From a virus (lineage: Duplodnaviria; Caudoviricetes), in the IMG/VR virus record IMGVR_UViG_3300005611_000050, positions 1 through 47,018 of that record: a stretch of DNA of 47,018 nt, one strand, 5' to 3'. The notes beneath the pieces were generated by a model that saw nothing but the letters and a program-made list of their open reading frames with translations, had not been told where the DNA came from and did not search any database. Of this stretch, positions 43,223 through 47,018 are shown piece after piece. Position 1 is the first letter of the stretch. Each line of letters opens with the position of its first letter. The translations under genes and the position numbers were made by a program.

Positions 43223-45060
43223 TACGGCTTGACTCCAGGCACTCCATTAGCATCAACGTATTCTGTCCCAGAAGGTAAAGCGTCATACTCTTCTTGAGTT
43301 GTTACAGTTTTAGGTCCCGCTGCAGCAAAAGTTCCTTCAGTGATATAGCGCATCTGCTGTTCTAAAGCAGTTTGCCCTGCAGGAGTAAGACCTCCTTGTT
43401 CGTCAAAGTACTGTGCCCCTGTTGTTCCAGCCTTTTGTAGATCAACTAGTCTCTGCAGGGCGTCCGTTCTCGTCCGCTCTGGACTACCGACCTGCCCCGG
43501 AAGCACAGCCTTGGTTTTCTGCTGTGCCAGCATGTCTGATATTTTGAGTGCATTTGGCATGATTACGTTATCAAAGGTCTCTTGATCTCCAATATCTAAT
43601 CCCTGCTCTTGTGCTTGATACACAGCCATCGGCATTGCTTCATCAAAGTTTGAAAATAATGCATACTGAAGTTTAAAGGCTCTGTCTTGCTTTGCTTCGT
43701 CACTGGTGTTTGCAAGTTGAAGCATTAAGTTGGAACGCGTTGCCGCAATTTTGGCAACCGTTTGAGCCTTTGCTTCGTCAGAAGCTTTAACTGTCTTCAT
43801 CCAGTCGTACTTCAAGCCCTTGTCATACTTTTCCATTTCACGTTCCCACTGGATTTGAGCGCGTTCGTCTGCCATCGCATTGGTTAGTGCAAAAGATTCG
43901 AGCTTATCTTTACGCTCTTTACGAGCTTCAGCAGTCTTTCTGAAGTTTTCCGTACCAGCAGCGGCACCCTTGGCGATATTGCTAAGAGCGTTTGGACTAT
44001 CTCCGGATGCGATCAAGAAGCCCATCATTGCTAAGTTGTAGCCGTCGATCTTTTTGTCTTCGGCTGTGTCGCCTTTAAAAAGTCCAAGTTCTGCGGCAAG
44101 TTCTTTGTTCTTGTTAAACCGTTCTTTTAACGTCAGCTTTTCGTCGGGCTTTTTCTTGTTGGCAACTTCAAGATACACGTCGTTTTTGTCAATCTCAGAA
44201 GTTAAAGATTCTGCAGCATTAACAACGTCTTGAGCAAAGTTAGAGGCGCTCTTATCTATCTCACCAACCTGTGCTTCAAGCGTTGTAGGAGCATTCTGAG
44301 CGACAGATTTTTTGACTTCAGCTTTAGTGGTCTTAGGTTTAGGTTTAGGTTTAGCCACAGTGGTTCCAGGCCCCTGCGTATTCGCTTCAAGTTCTGCAAT
44401 ACGGTCTGGATCTGTTATCTGTCTTTGCTCTGCCAACTGTCTGTCGGCTTCAGCTTGCATTGCTGCTTTCTTGTCTTCAAAGAATCCTGGGATTGTCTGA
44501 TCAAAAGGAATACTGCCTTCAGTCATTTGCATGGCACGAGCAATGCGCTCAGGATCTGTGTTTCTATAGCCAACAGTACGTTTACCCATAAACGGGGCGT
44601 CTTCTGTACCCGGAACAGTCATAATTCCTTGCTGGGCTGAGTCAAGACCTGCGTCGTCAAGACCCATTGTTCCTGATGAACTAAGAACAGGAGGAATATC
44701 AGGAATTAAAAGATCTGCTGCTGGTGTTGTAGGAGCAGGGACAGACCTCATCGAAGGTGTTAGACCTGCGTCATCTGACGTTCCAACTCCACTTAACCCT
44801 AAATTAACCCCAGCACCAGCTCCTTGACCTGACGGCTGAGGGAAAATTGTTCGTAAAGGATTTGCCATGAAGTTTCTTATATCTCCGGCACTTACTCCAA
44901 ACAACGTGGTTGGACGAACGCCTTGTGGACCAGAACCGTTAGCAAATTTTTGTACTGTCTGCATTAACTGAGGGCTAGATGCCATGATCCCGCCCATTTG
45001 ATTAAGCTTGTTCCGAGCGTTACGCGGCTTAAACAGTTTGCGGTTGTTTACATTGTTCAT
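43222..45060 (-). CDS. Internal virion/ejection protein
   Basis: 612 aa; low-complexity N-terminal half, hydrophobic LAMMGFLIASG segment, coiled coil. Confidence 0.65.
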   Translation of the reverse strand: MNNVNNRKLFKPRNARNKLNQMGGIMASSPQLMQTVQKFANGSGPQGVRPTTLFGVSAGDIRNFMANPLRTIFPQPSGQGAGAGVNLGLSGVGTSDDAGLTPSMRSVPAPTTPAADLLIPDIPPVLSSSGTMGLDDAGLDSAQQGIMTVPGTEDAPFMGKRTVGYRNTDPERIARAMQMTEGSIPFDQTIPGFFEDKKAAMQAEADRQLAEQRQITDPDRIAELEANTQGPGTTVAKPKPKPKTTKAEVKKSVAQNAPTTLEAQVGEIDKSASNFAQDVVNAAESLTSEIDKNDVYLEVANKKKPDEKLTLKERFNKNKELAAELGLFKGDTAEDKKIDGYNLAMMGFLIASGDSPNALSNIAKGAAAGTENFRKTAEARKERKDKLESFALTNAMADERAQIQWEREMEKYDKGLKYDWMKTVKASDEAKAQTVAKIAATRSNLMLQLANTSDEAKQDRAFKLQYALFSNFDEAMPMAVYQAQEQGLDIGDQETFDNVIMPNALKISDMLAQQKTKAVLPGQVGSPERTRTDALQRLVDLQKAGTTGAQYFDEQGGLTPAGQTALEQQMRYITEGTFAAAGPKTVTTQEEYDALPSGTEYVDANGVPGVKP

Positions 45061-46070
45061 CGCTGCTGTCCTAATCCAAAGATGTTGCCCATCGAATCAA
45101 AGATCCCAGACTGGGACAATCCTGCGAGACCTAATCCAAGCCCTGCAATCTGAGAGGTAGTGGACGGAGACGGTGCAGTAGATGATGTCAACGTAGATGA
45201 TGTTGATGGCACACCACGGAAGATGTCAGACATAAAGCTCAAACGCTGAAGAGGCTCGTACTGACGTTCAAGTTCCGTGGCCCGCGCTGCTTCGAGCCCG
45301 GCTTGAGCTTGTTGCTGCTCTAATCCACCTAATGACAACAATGCGTTTACGTCACGCTGTTGCCCAGTCTGTGCCATTTCACCAAGGGCAGCCTGCGACA
45401 GACCCGTCTTCGCAAGACTAGATCCGAGGGCCCCGATCCCTTGACCGAGCTGACCGAACAATTGTGCCGCGGACTGCTGACGTGCCATCTGATTCTGAAA
45501 GGCATTCTGTGCTTGCTGTTGTGCTTGTTGGAATCCGGCGGAACGCATTTGAGCACCAGTTCGTGCTTGCTGTTCCATGACGTTACGGGCCAGTTCTTGT
45601 TCAGCAACCGCTTGACGAGAACCGCCAAAGGCTCCGCCACGAACCGCCGCACCACGAACTTGCTGTCCTTGAATGTCCCCTTGACGTGCAATATCTTGCT
45701 GAGTCCGTGCAATCACGTCCTCCATATACGGGTCCATAAATGCTTGCGCGGAACGAGGGTCGTACCCGCCCATTGTACCCATCAAGATTGGAGCACCACT
45801 TAACGCAGTTCCAATGCCTTGTTCCAAGGCCCCCGCACCTGCACCAAGTGTGCCTTCTGCGGCTTGAAGCATTGGAGCGTAAGCACCAACACCAGTATAG
45901 CCAAGGTTGATTGCTTGTTGCTGGCCGGGAGAAAGAGCCGCGACCTGACGCTCTGGTATAAATGTAGGCTCACCCGCACGGGCTTGCGTCGAGGCCAGCA
46001 AATCCTTCAGGAATTTTTCTTGATACTCGGGTAAAACCGTTAGCTGTTCGCTGCGTACTGTTTCAACCAT
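45057..46070 (-). CDS. Gln/Gly/Ala-rich ejection (pilot-like) protein
   Basis: 337 aa; FMDPY...V and GAFGGSR motifs; Gly-rich hydrophobic C-terminus. Confidence 0.7.
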   Translation of the reverse strand: MVETVRSEQLTVLPEYQEKFLKDLLASTQARAGEPTFIPERQVAALSPGQQQAINLGYTGVGAYAPMLQAAEGTLGAGAGALEQGIGTALSGAPILMGTMGGYDPRSAQAFMDPYMEDVIARTQQDIARQGDIQGQQVRGAAVRGGAFGGSRQAVAEQELARNVMEQQARTGAQMRSAGFQQAQQQAQNAFQNQMARQQSAAQLFGQLGQGIGALGSSLAKTGLSQAALGEMAQTGQQRDVNALLSLGGLEQQQAQAGLEAARATELERQYEPLQRLSFMSDIFRGVPSTSSTLTSSTAPSPSTTSQIAGLGLGLAGLSQSGIFDSMGNIFGLGQQR

Positions 46071-46807
46071 TACACCATCGCCTCATACTTCTTCATCATT
46101 TCGTACATGCGAGCTGCACCACCTGCACCATCAACGGCTTTCTTTGTCATTACAAATTCCCCGTCCGAGAGCCGAGCTTCTTGGACCGGCTGACCACCCT
46201 GATAAATCATAGCAGGAATATCATCACTGGTCCCGGTTCCCGGGCCTTCAATAAAGCCTCCTTGAGCGAAAGACATAGCCGTTTCCCTGCTGTAATCGTA
46301 GCGAGGAACAACATCTTGCCCAACGTAGCTTGTACCTTCGCCTGTTTCGCGAAGCCTTCTTAATCTATCTGTTTCTGGAATCTCTTCTGGTTCTTCTGTC
46401 GCACCAAGCAACATAGAGCCAAGCAGTAAATTTCCAGGAGTCAGTAATTTTGCAATACCAGAAGCAGCCGCTTGTGACTTAGCAATCGGAGCCGCTGCCG
46501 CCGCCGCTTGGCTACCTTCCATTGCTGCTAAGGCTTTTTCTGCTTGAGCCGCTTGTGTCGCCGCAGCAGTTTGACCTGCCGCTTGTGTCGCCGCAGCAGT
46601 AGATCCAACACCCGCAGCCTGCAAACCGCCGCCAGCAATACCAGCTACGGCAGCATTTTTAACAGCGTCTTTGAGGTCCCCGCCAGCAAGAAGAGTACCA
46701 ATACCAGAACCTAGCGCGGCATTAACAACACTACCAGCAATGGGCCCCAGACCAAAAAAGCCTGCTGCTGCACCTGCAACTGGTAAAAGCTTCTTTAGAA
46801 AACTCAA
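46070..46807 (-). CDS. Ejection protein with glycine-zipper N-terminus and tape-measure-like C-terminal domain
   Basis: TTG start with GGAGG RBS; FAQGG.I.GPGTGTSD.IPA...LSDGEFV. Confidence 0.7.
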   Translation of the reverse strand: MSFLKKLLPVAGAAAGFFGLGPIAGSVVNAALGSGIGTLLAGGDLKDAVKNAAVAGIAGGGLQAAGVGSTAAATQAAGQTAAATQAAQAEKALAAMEGSQAAAAAAPIAKSQAAASGIAKLLTPGNLLLGSMLLGATEEPEEIPETDRLRRLRETGEGTSYVGQDVVPRYDYSRETAMSFAQGGFIEGPGTGTSDDIPAMIYQGGQPVQEARLSDGEFVMTKKAVDGAGGAARMYEMMKKYEAMV

Positions 46808-46835
46808 AGCACTTCGCCTCCGAGAGCTTGTGGCA

Positions 46836-47018
46836 TTACTGAGTGCCCCCGCTCATTGCTTTAGGTACAGTTACTGAAATCATTGTACTGCGTTTCTCAG
46901 AACCCGTCCAAGGGTTGCCGCACTGGGGACAATTCCCTTCGGGGTATGATGCAATCTCTGCCTCAGTGTCTACTTCGTTGTTACATGTCACACACTCGAT
47001 GGTGTCTTGTGATGTTGC
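46836..47018 (-). CDS. Partial zinc-ribbon protein (C-terminal part)
   Basis: Read manually: ...IECVTCNNEVDT...GNCPQCGNPW...SGGTQ stop. Confidence 0.65.
   Translation of the reverse strand, partial: ATSQDTIECVTCNNEVDTEAEIASYPEGNCPQCGNPWTGSEKRSTMISVTVPKAMSGGTQ

Noticed and set aside
46548-46600. 23-bp direct repeat encoding TAAATQAA
   Set aside because: Ordinary duplication in a low-complexity Ala-rich linker
1-47018. tRNA/rRNA genes, introns, inteins, alternative genetic code
   Set aside because: No cloverleaf seen in the few intergenic gaps; PolA, TerL and helicases are uninterrupted and of normal length under the standard code. Checked by eye only; tRNAscan-SE would be decisive

Overview
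About 47 kb of a tailed dsDNA phage genome with podovirus-type architecture. Gene content resembles marine HTVC023P/CRP-901-like phages (inference from recalled family features; no search was run). No host genes, tRNAs, CRISPR array, integrase or RNA polymerase were seen. Layout: (1) 1-18.0 kb, minus strand, late genes: an HlyC-type acyltransferase, a 748-aa low-complexity protein, TerL, portal, membrane/holin-like genes, GroES, scaffold, major capsid, small basic proteins and tail adaptors. (2) 18.2-21.5 kb, plus strand: four promoter-RBS-ORF-terminator cassettes separated by polar GGCCGCAG repeat clusters. (3) A nuclease and TerS on the minus strand, then an iteron-like AT-rich region. (4) 22.8-27.6 kb, plus strand: small early ORFs. 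(5) Replication module: SNF2 helicase, SSB, primase, AlpA-like HTH, UvrD-like helicase, family A polymerase (Leu762 type). (6) 38.1-47 kb, minus strand: nuclease, lysozyme and ejection proteins. Best candidates for undescribed biology: a ~56-nt small RNA gene (21485-21540) with its own promoter and terminator, whose hairpin is complementary to the ribosome-binding site shared by the early cassettes; the repeat-punctuated cassette array itself; an orphan toxin-activating acyltransferase coupled to a likely virion protein; and a shared [FWMK]-A-x-G-G-x-[VI] motif in several unrelated late proteins.
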